A stretch of DNA of 64,000 nt from Bacteroidota bacterium (GTDB lineage: Bacteria > Bacteroidota > Ignavibacteria > UBA10030 > UBA6906): positions 65,588 to 129,587 of the forward strand of contig JANNSJ010000058.1 in NCBI GenBank assembly GCA_031402435.1, written 5' to 3'. Shown here one piece after another: positions 50,345 through 60,103 of the stretch. The notes under the pieces were generated by a model that saw only the letters and a program-made list of their open reading frames with translations, did no database searches and was not told the DNA's origin. A program made the position numbers and the translations under genes. The number at the start of each line of letters is the position of its first letter. Within the stretch, counting starts at the first letter, position 1.

Positions 50345-51126
50345 TGGCACTATCAAAGATTCAAATTCAGCACGTTGAAGCTGTTCTTCGAGACAGCCTT
50401 AGGAACAAGTTTCAGAACTACAACCCAGAGCCAGCCTCAATGCCATTTCATACAAGGCTGCTTGGTAAGGATAGACTGGCTCTATATTCATTCATACATT
50501 CGCTCAGCACGAATTTTGGGACTTCCATATTTGAACCCGTGGCAAAAACGCTCGCATCCACAAGCTTTAAGCTGGCTGAATCTCATGTGACGGCAGGAGT
50601 TGAAATAAGCACTGAGGCTCAGCGCGAAATTCAGAGAATAATGGATGGTCTTACAACTGCTACGTCAATGCCTAACAAGAAAGAAGAAACTGAGAGGCTT
50701 CGTCGAGTTTGCAGAAAGGGCAAAATGGTCGATATTAATCTCACCAAGGTTGATGTGAAGCTGGTTTCTCACGATGATGAGGTTTATTTGATTGACATCA
50801 AAACGGCAAAACCAAATGCAGGGGGATTCAAAGAATTCAAAAGAACTTTACTAGAATGGGTTGCCACTACTCTTGCGGCCGATCCCAAAGTTCAGGTCAA
50901 AAGTATAATTGCGATTCCTTATAACCCATATGAGCCACAGCAGTATAATCGCTGGACAATGCGTGGTATGTTGGATTTGGCGGAAGAACTAAAAGTTGCA
51001 GAAGAGTTTTGGGATTTTGTGGGGAATCGCGGAACTTATGTTAGTTTACTCAAATGTTTTGAGAGAGTTGGGATTGAGCTTCGTGTCGAGATTGACGAAT
51101 ACTTTTCTAGATTTAAAGGATTGTAA
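50344..51126 (+). CDS. Putative type II restriction endonuclease (PD-(D/E)xK-like), cognate to the upstream methyltransferase
   Basis: 260 aa. Its ATG overlaps the methylase stop (TAATG). Candidate catalytic core HDDEVYLIDIKTAKPNAGG (D...(D/E)xK). It is similar over its length to the C-terminal domain of the fused protein at 24914..27181. Same low GC as the methylase. Confidence 0.45.
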   Translation: MALSKIQIQHVEAVLRDSLRNKFQNYNPEPASMPFHTRLLGKDRLALYSFIHSLSTNFGTSIFEPVAKTLASTSFKLAESHVTAGVEISTEAQREIQRIMDGLTTATSMPNKKEETERLRRVCRKGKMVDINLTKVDVKLVSHDDEVYLIDIKTAKPNAGGFKEFKRTLLEWVATTLAADPKVQVKSIIAIPYNPYEPQQYNRWTMRGMLDLAEELKVAEEFWDFVGNRGTYVSLLKCFERVGIELRVEIDEYFSRFKGL

Positions 51127-52578
51127 GTGACAGCCACCGTCCTCACTCTCTACAACACCCTCACCCGACAAAAAGAAGAATTCAAACCTCTCCACGAAGG
51201 CCACGTTGGTATGTACGTGTGTGGCCCGACGGTGTACGGCCACTCGCACATCGGTCATGCGAAGAGCTATGTTTCGTTTGATGTCATCGTCAGATACCTT
51301 CGCTATCGCGGGTACAAGGTCACATACGTCCAGAACATCACAGATGTTGGCCATCTGCTTGGAGAAACCAACGAAGGAGAAGACCGGCTTCTGCGCCAGG
51401 GGCGTCTCGAACAAAAGCATCCGATGGAGATTGCCGAGTCGTACACGCGCAGCTACTTTGAGGACATGGATGCGCTGGGCGTTCTTCGTCCCGACATCTC
51501 GCCACGGGCAACAGGCCACATCATCGAGCAAATCGAAATCATCAAAACCCTGATCGGGAAAGGCTACGCCTACGAAGCCAACGGCTCCGTGTATTTCGAT
51601 GTTGCAAAGGATCGCGAATACGGCAAGCTCTCCGGACGTAATACTGATGAGGCTGAGTCCGGCACGCGTGTGAACGTGAAGAGCGAGAAACATCACCCGA
51701 ACGATTTTGCGTTGTGGAAGAAAGCCGAGCCTGAGCACATCATGCGTTGGCCGAGTCCGTGGGGTGTGGGCTTTCCCGGCTGGCACGTTGAATGTTCCGC
51801 GATGTCAATGAAATATCTCGGCGAAACGTTCGACATCCATGGCGGCGGAATGGATAACCAGTTCCCTCATCACGAGTGTGAAATTGCCCAGAGCGAATGT
51901 GCCACAGGCAAACCGTTCGCCCGCTACTGGATACACAACAACCTGGTGACTGTAAATAGCCAGAAGATGAGCAAGTCAATCGGCAACTTCATCTCGTTGA
52001 AAGACGCCTTCAAGAAATGGCGGCCGGAGGTGGTGCGTTTCTTCATTCTGCAGAGTCACTATCGCAGTACGCTGGATTTCAGCAATGAAGCAATTGATGG
52101 ATCGGCCAAAGGTCTTGAGCGGCTGGTCAACACCATTCGCAATGTACGGGAACGACTGCGCGGTGCGACTGCGGATGGCGGCACGATTGATCTTTCCAAA
52201 TTCAAATCCGATTTTCTCGCTTCGATGGATGACGACTTTAACGCACCACAGGCTGTCGCCACCCTCTTTGATATGAGCCGTGAAGTGAACCAGGCGTTGA
52301 GTTCAGGTTCTCTCAGTGCCACTTCGCTTCAGCAGATTCTCGATTTGTATCTTGAATTGGGAAATATTCTCGGCCTCAACTTACTGGAGACAAATTCATC
52401 GCAGGGAAGCAGTTCGAATCTCGACGCCCAGTTTATGGAACTGATTATCGCTCTGAGGCAGGAAATACGTGCGCAGAAACTTTGGCCGCTCTCTGACAAG
52501 ATACGCGATGGTTTGGTGAAGTTGGGGATTGTATTGGAAGACAAGAAAGACGGTACTTCGTGGAAGCGAAACTCGTAG
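51127..52578 (+). CDS. cysS: Cysteine--tRNA ligase
   Basis: Class I HIGH (GHSHIGH) and KMSKS (KMSKSIGN) motifs, zinc-binding Cys positions, and an anticodon-binding C-terminal domain. GTG start directly after the preceding stop codon. Confidence 0.9.
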   Translation: MTATVLTLYNTLTRQKEEFKPLHEGHVGMYVCGPTVYGHSHIGHAKSYVSFDVIVRYLRYRGYKVTYVQNITDVGHLLGETNEGEDRLLRQGRLEQKHPMEIAESYTRSYFEDMDALGVLRPDISPRATGHIIEQIEIIKTLIGKGYAYEANGSVYFDVAKDREYGKLSGRNTDEAESGTRVNVKSEKHHPNDFALWKKAEPEHIMRWPSPWGVGFPGWHVECSAMSMKYLGETFDIHGGGMDNQFPHHECEIAQSECATGKPFARYWIHNNLVTVNSQKMSKSIGNFISLKDAFKKWRPEVVRFFILQSHYRSTLDFSNEAIDGSAKGLERLVNTIRNVRERLRGATADGGTIDLSKFKSDFLASMDDDFNAPQAVATLFDMSREVNQALSSGSLSATSLQQILDLYLELGNILGLNLLETNSSQGSSSNLDAQFMELIIALRQEIRAQKLWPLSDKIRDGLVKLGIVLEDKKDGTSWKRNS

Positions 52579-52602
52579 CAGTTCTTTACTAACGAACGGC
52601 CT

Positions 52603-54186
52603 GTGGATTCCTTCAAGATCATCGCGAATGCCCACGTTATTACGTGCGATCCGAGCAACCGCGCGGGACGATATGACTTGCTCATCCGCGACAACCGCAT
52701 CGCTGAAATCTCCGACACGCCCGGTCTCTTTACCTCCCTCCATCCGAACGCAACAGTTGTAGACGCTTCACACAAGCTCATCATTCCCGGCTTTGTGAAC
52801 GCGCATTTCCATTCCGAAAGCGTGTTGCTGCGTGCAAGGACTGAAGGTGTTCATTTCTCCCTCTGGGGAGATAACATCGGAACACAAGAGTGCGTCAACG
52901 CGCTTCTCGATCCACTCAACCACAACGATGTCCGGAATGTCCACCTCATGTCCTATTTTAGTCATCTCAAATCGGGAACGACCTGCGTGGGAGAATATGG
53001 TCTTCCCTTTAAGGAGGAGAGTTTTGGTCATGTGTTGCAGGCAATGGAAAGAACGGAAGTCAAAAATGTTGTGGCACTTCAAAACTGGGACCAGCTTGTA
53101 AAGGCAAGCGATGCAACGGGTGGTCGACATCGCTTTGTTGTGAACCTCGGAAAGGCAGAGGATTTCACAGTCTACAGCTTTGAGAATCTGATGCGTGCCG
53201 CAAGGGAACTCAAGATCCCGGTTCTTGCGCATGTTGCAGAACATCGAAGAGAGGTGGATTTTGTTAAGAGATCATTCCAAAAGAGTATCGTTGGAGTGTT
53301 GCAAGACTATAACGTCGTAAATGCTGAAAACGTGTTCGTACATCTCAATCATTTAAGCAGTCAGGAAACAGAAATTATTGGTGAGGCTGGTGCATCTGCC
53401 GTTCTTTGTGCGCGGTCGGCAGCGTTCAAACGCATTGGTTATCCGGCGTTGCGTCACCTAGCAGCGCAAAGGATACGCCTTGCCGTCGGCACCGATTGGG
53501 GAAATGTTGATATGTTGGAGGAGTTAACATTTCTGCACCAGTTGCATTTGCTGATCACGGGTATTCCGCCATTCTCTTTTCTTCAACTTCTTAGGATGGG
53601 AACAATTAATGGCGCTCACGCTCTTGGTCTTTCCGCCGAAACCGGATCGATTGAAGTTGGGAAAAAGGCAGACTTCGCGTTTTATTCTCTGAATGACATG
53701 CGGGTTCCCGCCATCCCCGAATACGCGGATGCTGAATTTCTTTCATCACTCCTTATCAACCATCTTACAAGCCGCGACGTTTCAGACGTCATGATTGATG
53801 GTGAGTTTTACGTCGCCCAGGGCGAAGTAATGACGATGGCGGAAGAGGAGATTGTGCAGGGCTTCCGCGCAACCTATGCGAAGTTCTATCAGGACGAAGC
53901 AAGCAAGGCGTTGCTACCAGCGCCCGTCCAGCCCGATAGTTCGACACCCCGCCCTACACCGAAGATTTTACCGTTCACTTCCGTAGGAAGAACATCGCAA
54001 TTGCCGGAAGAAGGGTTTGAGTCGGGCTTCCGTGTAGCCGGGAAACCACCGGCCGTACTTGATCTCAAACCGGCCAACATTAACACGGAACCCCCACCCG
54101 AAGCACCACAACCCAAGAGCGAAGCGCCACCATCCAAACCACACAAGGGTAGCTGGCTCACCTTTGGCGAGAACGAAGACTTCTAG
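52603..54186 (+). CDS. Amidohydrolase-superfamily deaminase/chlorohydrolase-like enzyme with Pro-rich C-terminal tail
   Basis: Metal-binding HxH (VNAHFHSES) near the N-terminus, downstream His and Asp ligands (GTDW), and MtaD/guanine deaminase-like length. The last approx 100 aa are low-complexity Pro/Ala-rich. Confidence 0.6.
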   Translation: MDSFKIIANAHVITCDPSNRAGRYDLLIRDNRIAEISDTPGLFTSLHPNATVVDASHKLIIPGFVNAHFHSESVLLRARTEGVHFSLWGDNIGTQECVNALLDPLNHNDVRNVHLMSYFSHLKSGTTCVGEYGLPFKEESFGHVLQAMERTEVKNVVALQNWDQLVKASDATGGRHRFVVNLGKAEDFTVYSFENLMRAARELKIPVLAHVAEHRREVDFVKRSFQKSIVGVLQDYNVVNAENVFVHLNHLSSQETEIIGEAGASAVLCARSAAFKRIGYPALRHLAAQRIRLAVGTDWGNVDMLEELTFLHQLHLLITGIPPFSFLQLLRMGTINGAHALGLSAETGSIEVGKKADFAFYSLNDMRVPAIPEYADAEFLSSLLINHLTSRDVSDVMIDGEFYVAQGEVMTMAEEEIVQGFRATYAKFYQDEASKALLPAPVQPDSSTPRPTPKILPFTSVGRTSQLPEEGFESGFRVAGKPPAVLDLKPANINTEPPPEAPQPKSEAPPSKPHKGSWLTFGENEDF

Positions 54187-54270
54187 CGTCAGTAACGATT
54201 TGCATTTGCCTTCAAGCCATCTCCCTCATACATTAGACTGTACCGATATGTAACGAAGAAGGAGTATGCA

Positions 54271-55047
54271 GTGGGGACAATCCATTTTATGCTAAGTCTT
54301 TTGTTTGCGATGGGCGCTTGCCAGAGAGTATACGCGCAGGGTTCTGCAGGTTCAGAAGGGGTTCTGGAGCCGCGTTATCTTGTCGATGTTCCCACGGCCG
54401 GCATGCTTGCCAAGGGAAGTTTTGCAATCGACATGGATTTCTACCAGGAAGGTGGAGTATTGTTGGGACTTTCGGCTGGCATTCTTGACAGACTGAGCTT
54501 CGGAGTTTCATACGGCGGAACACACCTCATCGGCTCCGATGAACCGGTGATGAACTCCCTGCCCGGTATAAACATCAAGATCCGAATCATAGAAGAGAAC
54601 GTTGCTCTTCCGGCGATCGTGCTGGGCTTTGATTCACAGGGTCGTGATGGATACATCACAACCTTGAGAAGGTACTCGATCAAGTCGCCGGGTGTTTTTG
54701 CAGCAGCGAGTAAGAATTATTCGTTGCTCGGATTCTTCAGTCTCCATGGCGGTGTCAACTATAGTTTCGAACGAGCTGATGATGACAGGGACTTCAATGT
54801 CTTTGCAGGGATAGAAAAGTCCGTTGGGGGTGTTGTCTCTCTTGTGTTGGAATACAATCTTGGCGCCAATGACAGCGATGGAAAAGCAATCGGGAAAGGT
54901 CGTGGCTATCTGAACGCCGGCGTCAAATGTTCAGTCGGTGGAGGATTGACGCTTGCCGTGTGCCTGAAGGACCTTGCGAGGAACAGCCGCAATGAAGTTG
55001 CCGTTGCCAACAGAACAGTAAAGCTTGAGTATGCAAAATCTTTTTAG
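54271..55047 (+). CDS. Hypothetical outer-membrane beta-barrel protein
   Basis: Signal peptide (ending AQG) and alternating hydrophobic/polar strands throughout. The C-terminal ...VKLEYAKSF ends in an aromatic residue, typical of OMP beta-signals. Confidence 0.35.
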   Translation: MGTIHFMLSLLFAMGACQRVYAQGSAGSEGVLEPRYLVDVPTAGMLAKGSFAIDMDFYQEGGVLLGLSAGILDRLSFGVSYGGTHLIGSDEPVMNSLPGINIKIRIIEENVALPAIVLGFDSQGRDGYITTLRRYSIKSPGVFAAASKNYSLLGFFSLHGGVNYSFERADDDRDFNVFAGIEKSVGGVVSLVLEYNLGANDSDGKAIGKGRGYLNAGVKCSVGGGLTLAVCLKDLARNSRNEVAVANRTVKLEYAKSF

Positions 55048-55252
55048 TCGCAAGGAGATCCTTCCGAACTGTTGTGAATTGTGAACGCCAATCGCTATCT
55101 TGTACAGTAATAAGCACAAGCGACGAACGGCAACAGGTCAAAAGCAACCGAATTTCATGGGTTTTTGCAGATACCATACTACCTAATGAGTGGCACCAAT
55201 ATTGTACTAACATATAGTGGTTAACCAACGTAACGGAAGTGAGGGTAATACA

Positions 55253-56146
55253 ATGATACGAAGTTTACACCGACTGCTTCTCCCGGCTATTTCGCTTGGA
55301 TCATTCCTTTGGCTTACCGGCTGCTATACGCAGGTGGGAACAACGCAAGATGAACGCCGCTACGACGAGGAATATTCCGCCACTGAGAGTGACACCACCG
55401 GCGACAACTATGAGCAATCGTATACGGATAACTATGGCGAATACGATAACGAGGCGTCGGGATATCGGGCGGGTTTTGATTACTACTACCCTGCCTTTGG
55501 ATTTGGTTTCTCAACGTATGACCCGTGGTATTGGAGACAGAGCGGATGGTATTACTATGATCCATTCGTCTGCGGTACATACTATCCCGCTGTGTATTCC
55601 GGCTATCCTTATTGGCAACCACATGGAACTTATTTTAATCCCGGTTACCGTTATCGCACGTCGTACGCTTCCGGAGGCGGAGGGAGACGCGGGTACGGTA
55701 CGACGAGAACCGTTGGAACAACGCGAGGCGGTGGTGTGGTACGAGGAAGCGGAAGAGATGAGGGTGGCTCTCGAGGCGGCTCCTCGGGCACAGTTGATTT
55801 GCCGACAGGGTACAAAGCATCTTCAGGTACTCGTAACAATCCACCGGCAGCAACACCTTCACCAAGAGTGTCAACGGGGAGGAAGAGCAGTGATGCTCCT
55901 CGTAGCGGAACGAGAACCAATACCGGCGGTCGAAGTGGCAATACGCGTACAGGAAGCAAGGAAGGCAGCCGAAGTTCGCAGCCGCGAACATACACACCGC
56001 CGCCCAAGGAGAATGGCGCCGATCGGGGTGGGTCCGGTCGTACATATTCACCGCCGGCGACAACTCCGCCACAGCAAAGCGCACCGCCAAGTGATGCCGG
56101 AAGATCCGTGTCGAGTGGTGGATCACGCGGAGGGAGAAGTCGATAG
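55253..56146 (+). CDS. Lipoprotein with Tyr/Trp-rich module and Gly/Arg/Ser/Thr-rich disordered C-terminal tail
   Basis: Start at ATG 55253, preceded by GGAAGTGAGGG. Lipobox LWLTGC. Aromatic-rich segment YDPWYWRQSGWYYYDPFVCGTYYPAVYSGYPYWQPHG. The last approx 170 aa are RGG/SR-like low complexity. Confidence 0.45.
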   Translation: MIRSLHRLLLPAISLGSFLWLTGCYTQVGTTQDERRYDEEYSATESDTTGDNYEQSYTDNYGEYDNEASGYRAGFDYYYPAFGFGFSTYDPWYWRQSGWYYYDPFVCGTYYPAVYSGYPYWQPHGTYFNPGYRYRTSYASGGGGRRGYGTTRTVGTTRGGGVVRGSGRDEGGSRGGSSGTVDLPTGYKASSGTRNNPPAATPSPRVSTGRKSSDAPRSGTRTNTGGRSGNTRTGSKEGSRSSQPRTYTPPPKENGADRGGSGRTYSPPATTPPQQSAPPSDAGRSVSSGGSRGGRSR

Positions 56147-56196
56147 GTGTTGGAAGAAACATTCAGCGAGATGAATAGAGAGGGTGCAGAAGATCT

Positions 56197-57609
56197 ATGA
56201 AACGTTTTATTGTGTTGATGACGATAGTGTGCAGTATTGGAACACCGGCATTCGGTCAGTTTATCGAGGATGCGTTGCGATTCTCAACGCCGGGTTTGGG
56301 TGTTGGTGCTCGCGCACTGGGAATGGGTGGCGCATACGTAGGCGTTGCCAATGATTACAGTGCCTTGTATTGGAACCCCGCCGGCCTTTCGCAATTGCAA
56401 TACGGTGAGTTTTCATTTGGTCTCTCACATCTCAATTACCGTGATGGTAGTACCTTTCTTTCGGGTGCCCAGTCGCTTACAAGTAATGCGACCAAGCTGA
56501 ATTCGCTTGGCATTGCCTATCCGGTGCCCGTGCGAAGAGGATCACTTGTGCTTGCATTTGGGTATCAACGCCAGAGTGATTTTACGACTGGCGTCTCTTT
56601 TAAAGGATATAATCCCGGGGGCAGCATTATCCAATCGTGGGCTCCCAATGGGACACCCTATCCCGATGACGTGACACTTGCAGAAGATCTCAAACTTGCC
56701 ATTGCCGATACAGTATCAGGGAACTTCAATAGCCCAATCACCGGACGTTTGACACAACTTGGCAAAGTGCTGGAAGAGGGCGGACTCAATAATTGGTCTG
56801 CCGGTGGTGCGATGGATGTTGCAAAAAATATGTCGCTGGGTGTTACTTTCACGTATGTTTCGGGTACGTACAAGTACACACGTAATTACAAGGAACAGGA
56901 TAACAACAACGTGTACACAACATTCCCGTTCGACTTTGATGAGTTGGTAGTGGATGATGAAGTTGAGAGCGATATCTCCGGAGCAAATGCGAAGTTCGGA
57001 TTTATGTATCGCGAACCCGATCGGTTCAGAGTAGGCGTCACGATCAAGACACCGACGTCTTTCCGGATCAAAGAAACGTTCAATACCACAGCGCAAAGCT
57101 ACTTTGACAACGGTGAGACCTTCGGGCCGTTCGACGGACCAGCCTCAAATGAATACGATGTTCTCACTCCCTGGGTGTTCAGTGCTGGTGCATCGGTAAC
57201 AGTCCGGCAACTGGTGTTGTCGGGAGACATTGAATACACAGATTGGACACAGATGGAATTCCAGGATGCCAACAGAGATCTCTTGGCCAAGAACAAGGAC
57301 ATCAAGGACTTCTTGCGAGCGACGGCGAACCTGCGCGCCGGCGCCGAGTATGATTTCCAATCCGCGGGTGTTCGTGTGCGGGGCGGATTCATCTATAGCC
57401 CCTCGCCGTATCAGGGAGACCCATCGTCCTTCGATCAGAAGTATATTACAGCAGGCATCGGTGTACTTCTTGGGGAATCAGCCATGTTGGATATAGGCTA
57501 TGCCCGTGGCTGGTGGAACACGTATCGAATCAGCTATGACGGCGGCCCCCGTGTCAACGAAAAAATCACAGCAAACAATTTCCTGGCCACGCTTTCCTTC
57601 CGATTCTAG
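56197..57609 (+). CDS. FadL/TodX (OMPP1)-like or PorV-like outer-membrane beta-barrel channel
   Basis: Signal peptide, then the conserved N-terminal plug region ARALGMGGAYVGVANDYSALYWNPAGL. The C-terminal ...LSFRF ends in an aromatic residue. Confidence 0.5.
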   Translation: MKRFIVLMTIVCSIGTPAFGQFIEDALRFSTPGLGVGARALGMGGAYVGVANDYSALYWNPAGLSQLQYGEFSFGLSHLNYRDGSTFLSGAQSLTSNATKLNSLGIAYPVPVRRGSLVLAFGYQRQSDFTTGVSFKGYNPGGSIIQSWAPNGTPYPDDVTLAEDLKLAIADTVSGNFNSPITGRLTQLGKVLEEGGLNNWSAGGAMDVAKNMSLGVTFTYVSGTYKYTRNYKEQDNNNVYTTFPFDFDELVVDDEVESDISGANAKFGFMYREPDRFRVGVTIKTPTSFRIKETFNTTAQSYFDNGETFGPFDGPASNEYDVLTPWVFSAGASVTVRQLVLSGDIEYTDWTQMEFQDANRDLLAKNKDIKDFLRATANLRAGAEYDFQSAGVRVRGGFIYSPSPYQGDPSSFDQKYITAGIGVLLGESAMLDIGYARGWWNTYRISYDGGPRVNEKITANNFLATLSFRF

Positions 57610-57647
57610 CGATTCCGTTGCAAGAGTAGACTGCTTTCGATATATTG

Positions 57648-57680
57648 AAGTCCGCCCATAGTGGCGGACTTCTTTTTTCT
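57648..57680 (+). terminator. Rho-independent terminator downstream of the FadL-like gene
   Basis: Perfect 9-bp stem aagtccgcc/ggcggactt with a 6-nt loop, followed by cTTTTTTcT. Confidence 0.65.
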
Positions 57681-57694
57681 ACCACGGAGTTGCC

Positions 57695-60103
57695 TTGAGC
57701 AAAAGATATCGGGTTATTATCGGACTTCTCGGCGTTGCGGTTGTTCTTGGCGTTGCTGCGTTTTTCTTCCTGCGGTATCAGGCCCGAAAGTCCTTCCCGC
57801 AAACCACCGGCTCCGTTTCTTTGAAAGACCTTGAACAAGTGGTACAGGTCGTTCGGGATGACTATGGCGTCCCAAGGATTGAGGCAACAAACGAGCACGA
57901 TCTGATGTTTGCGCTGGGGTACGTACATGCGCAGGACCGTCTCTGGCAGATGGATATGGTGAGACGTGTAGGGGAAGGGAGGCTTTCCGAATTGTTTGGT
58001 TTTGAGACTGTTCCTTTTGACAAGATGTTCCGCATTGTGGGTATTCGCAATATCGCCGAGAAGATCGAACAGAGTATCTCGGTGGAATCGAAAGACAGGC
58101 TCCAGTGGTATGCTGACGGTGTGAATGCGTTCATTACGTCGCACAAGGGAAAGTACCCCGTTGAGTTTGACATGTTGCGGTATGATCCCGAACCGTGGTT
58201 GCCTGTTCACAGTCTCATCGTTGGTCGGATGATGTCGTGGGAACTCAATCTCTCCTGGTGGACAGACTTGACCTACGGCGCCATCGCCGAGCGTGTTGAT
58301 CTTGAGAAGGCGCTTGATATTCTTCCGCCGTTCCCTCAGAATGTTGGACCCATCGTTCCAGCCGAAGCTTGGCGTACTTACGCGGGCTTAACAGGAGAAT
58401 TCCTGAAAACCGCGCAGTCCTTTGCAGCCAAGTGGGGACCGGCTGGGATTCTTGGCGGGAGCAATGCTTGGGTTGTTGGGCCATCAAAATCGGCAAGTGG
58501 CAAAGTGATTCTTGCAAACGATACGCACCTTCAACTCCAGGCTCCTTCCAAATGGTATGAGATACAATTGTATGCGCCGGGCTATGATGTCTGTGGCATG
58601 TCCATTCCCGGAGTGCCCGGCATCGTCGCGGGGCGTAACAAACATATTGCCTGGGGGCTTACCAATGTGATGGCGGATGATGCGGACTTCTACATCGAGA
58701 GGATTGACACAACGAACGGACAGAGATATTTATATGACGATGCGTGGCGACCAGTAACCATTCGAGAAGAAGAAATACGCGTCAAGGGGGATACGGTTGT
58801 TACGGTGATAATCCGGTCGACCCATCATGGCCCTATTGTTACGGATATTCACACGCTTCTCAAGCAGGGAACCTATCCGTACGTTGCCAGCATGCGATGG
58901 ACCGGCACGGAAGTCTCAGACCAGATTGAAGCGTTCAACAAGATCAACCGGGCAACGAACTTGAAGGAATTCACCAATGGTGTCAGCGAGTTTTCGGGCC
59001 CAGGACAGAATTTTGTCTATGGAGATGCTGAAGGGAATATCGGGTATTGGTGTGGTGTACAGCTACCGATACGCGGAAAACACAACTCCCTACTCCCGCT
59101 TCCGGGCTGGGACCCATCGACCGAATGGAAGGGCTTCGTCCCATTCAACGAACTTCCACATCTCTTGAATCCACCGGAAGGGTACATCGCAACAGCAAAC
59201 AATAAGATTGTTGACGATTCATATCCTTATTACATCTCTGACCTGTGGGAACCCGCATCGCGCATTGTGAGACTGCGGGAAGTTCTTGGTTCACAAACGG
59301 CATTTTCCGTACAGGACTTTGAGCGCCTTCAGAACGATAAGTTTTCACATCAAGCAAAGCGCATGATGCCGCATGTTCTCGATGCATGCAAGGATAGTGC
59401 GCTTGAAGTGCCGGATGAACATACGATTGTAGAATATCTAAAGAACTGGAACTTCACCTTTTCCAAAGAAGACATTGCAACAACGATCTATCAGGAATTT
59501 TTTGTGAAGCTTCTTGGGAACATGTACAAGGACGAGATGGGGGATAGCCTCTTCCATGACTGGGTGCTGTTAATGAATGTCCCCATCCGGGTGACTACGA
59601 AACTCGTTGAAGAAGGAACATCGAAATGGTTTGATGATGTAAGAACCGATTCTATTGAAACACGGGATCAGATCATCCGGAAGAGTTTAAGGGAAGCGAT
59701 CTACACGTTACGTGACAGCGTAAGTACGCAGACGAAAAACTGGCGCTGGGGAGATGTACATACCGTGACGCTGAAACACCCGTTCGGGCTCGTCAAGCCG
59801 CTTGACCGTCTTTTCAATATAGGGCCGTACCCGTATGGTGGTGGCCCGACAACGCTTATGAGTGGCGAGTACAGCTTGAATGCACCCTTCCAGGTTGGCG
59901 TCGGTTCATCGTTCCGCCAGATTTTTGATTTTGCGACACCGGATGAATGGCGCGCAGTGTTACCATCAGGCCAATCGGGTCAGGTGCTGCATCAACATTA
60001 TGATGACCAAACGCCTTTGTGGCTCAACGGCGCCTATCGCACAGTGTCAGCGCGAAGAGAATCAGGAAAGACAGAAACGCTCATTCTACAACCAACCAAA
60101 TGA
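57695..60103 (+). CDS. Penicillin acylase/AHL acylase family Ntn-hydrolase
   Basis: 802 aa with a signal/TM N-terminus. Alpha-subunit region DRLWQMD. The autoproteolytic site GGSNAWVV (N-terminal Ser nucleophile of the beta subunit) is conserved. Confidence 0.8.
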   Translation: MSKRYRVIIGLLGVAVVLGVAAFFFLRYQARKSFPQTTGSVSLKDLEQVVQVVRDDYGVPRIEATNEHDLMFALGYVHAQDRLWQMDMVRRVGEGRLSELFGFETVPFDKMFRIVGIRNIAEKIEQSISVESKDRLQWYADGVNAFITSHKGKYPVEFDMLRYDPEPWLPVHSLIVGRMMSWELNLSWWTDLTYGAIAERVDLEKALDILPPFPQNVGPIVPAEAWRTYAGLTGEFLKTAQSFAAKWGPAGILGGSNAWVVGPSKSASGKVILANDTHLQLQAPSKWYEIQLYAPGYDVCGMSIPGVPGIVAGRNKHIAWGLTNVMADDADFYIERIDTTNGQRYLYDDAWRPVTIREEEIRVKGDTVVTVIIRSTHHGPIVTDIHTLLKQGTYPYVASMRWTGTEVSDQIEAFNKINRATNLKEFTNGVSEFSGPGQNFVYGDAEGNIGYWCGVQLPIRGKHNSLLPLPGWDPSTEWKGFVPFNELPHLLNPPEGYIATANNKIVDDSYPYYISDLWEPASRIVRLREVLGSQTAFSVQDFERLQNDKFSHQAKRMMPHVLDACKDSALEVPDEHTIVEYLKNWNFTFSKEDIATTIYQEFFVKLLGNMYKDEMGDSLFHDWVLLMNVPIRVTTKLVEEGTSKWFDDVRTDSIETRDQIIRKSLREAIYTLRDSVSTQTKNWRWGDVHTVTLKHPFGLVKPLDRLFNIGPYPYGGGPTTLMSGEYSLNAPFQVGVGSSFRQIFDFATPDEWRAVLPSGQSGQVLHQHYDDQTPLWLNGAYRTVSARRESGKTETLILQPTK

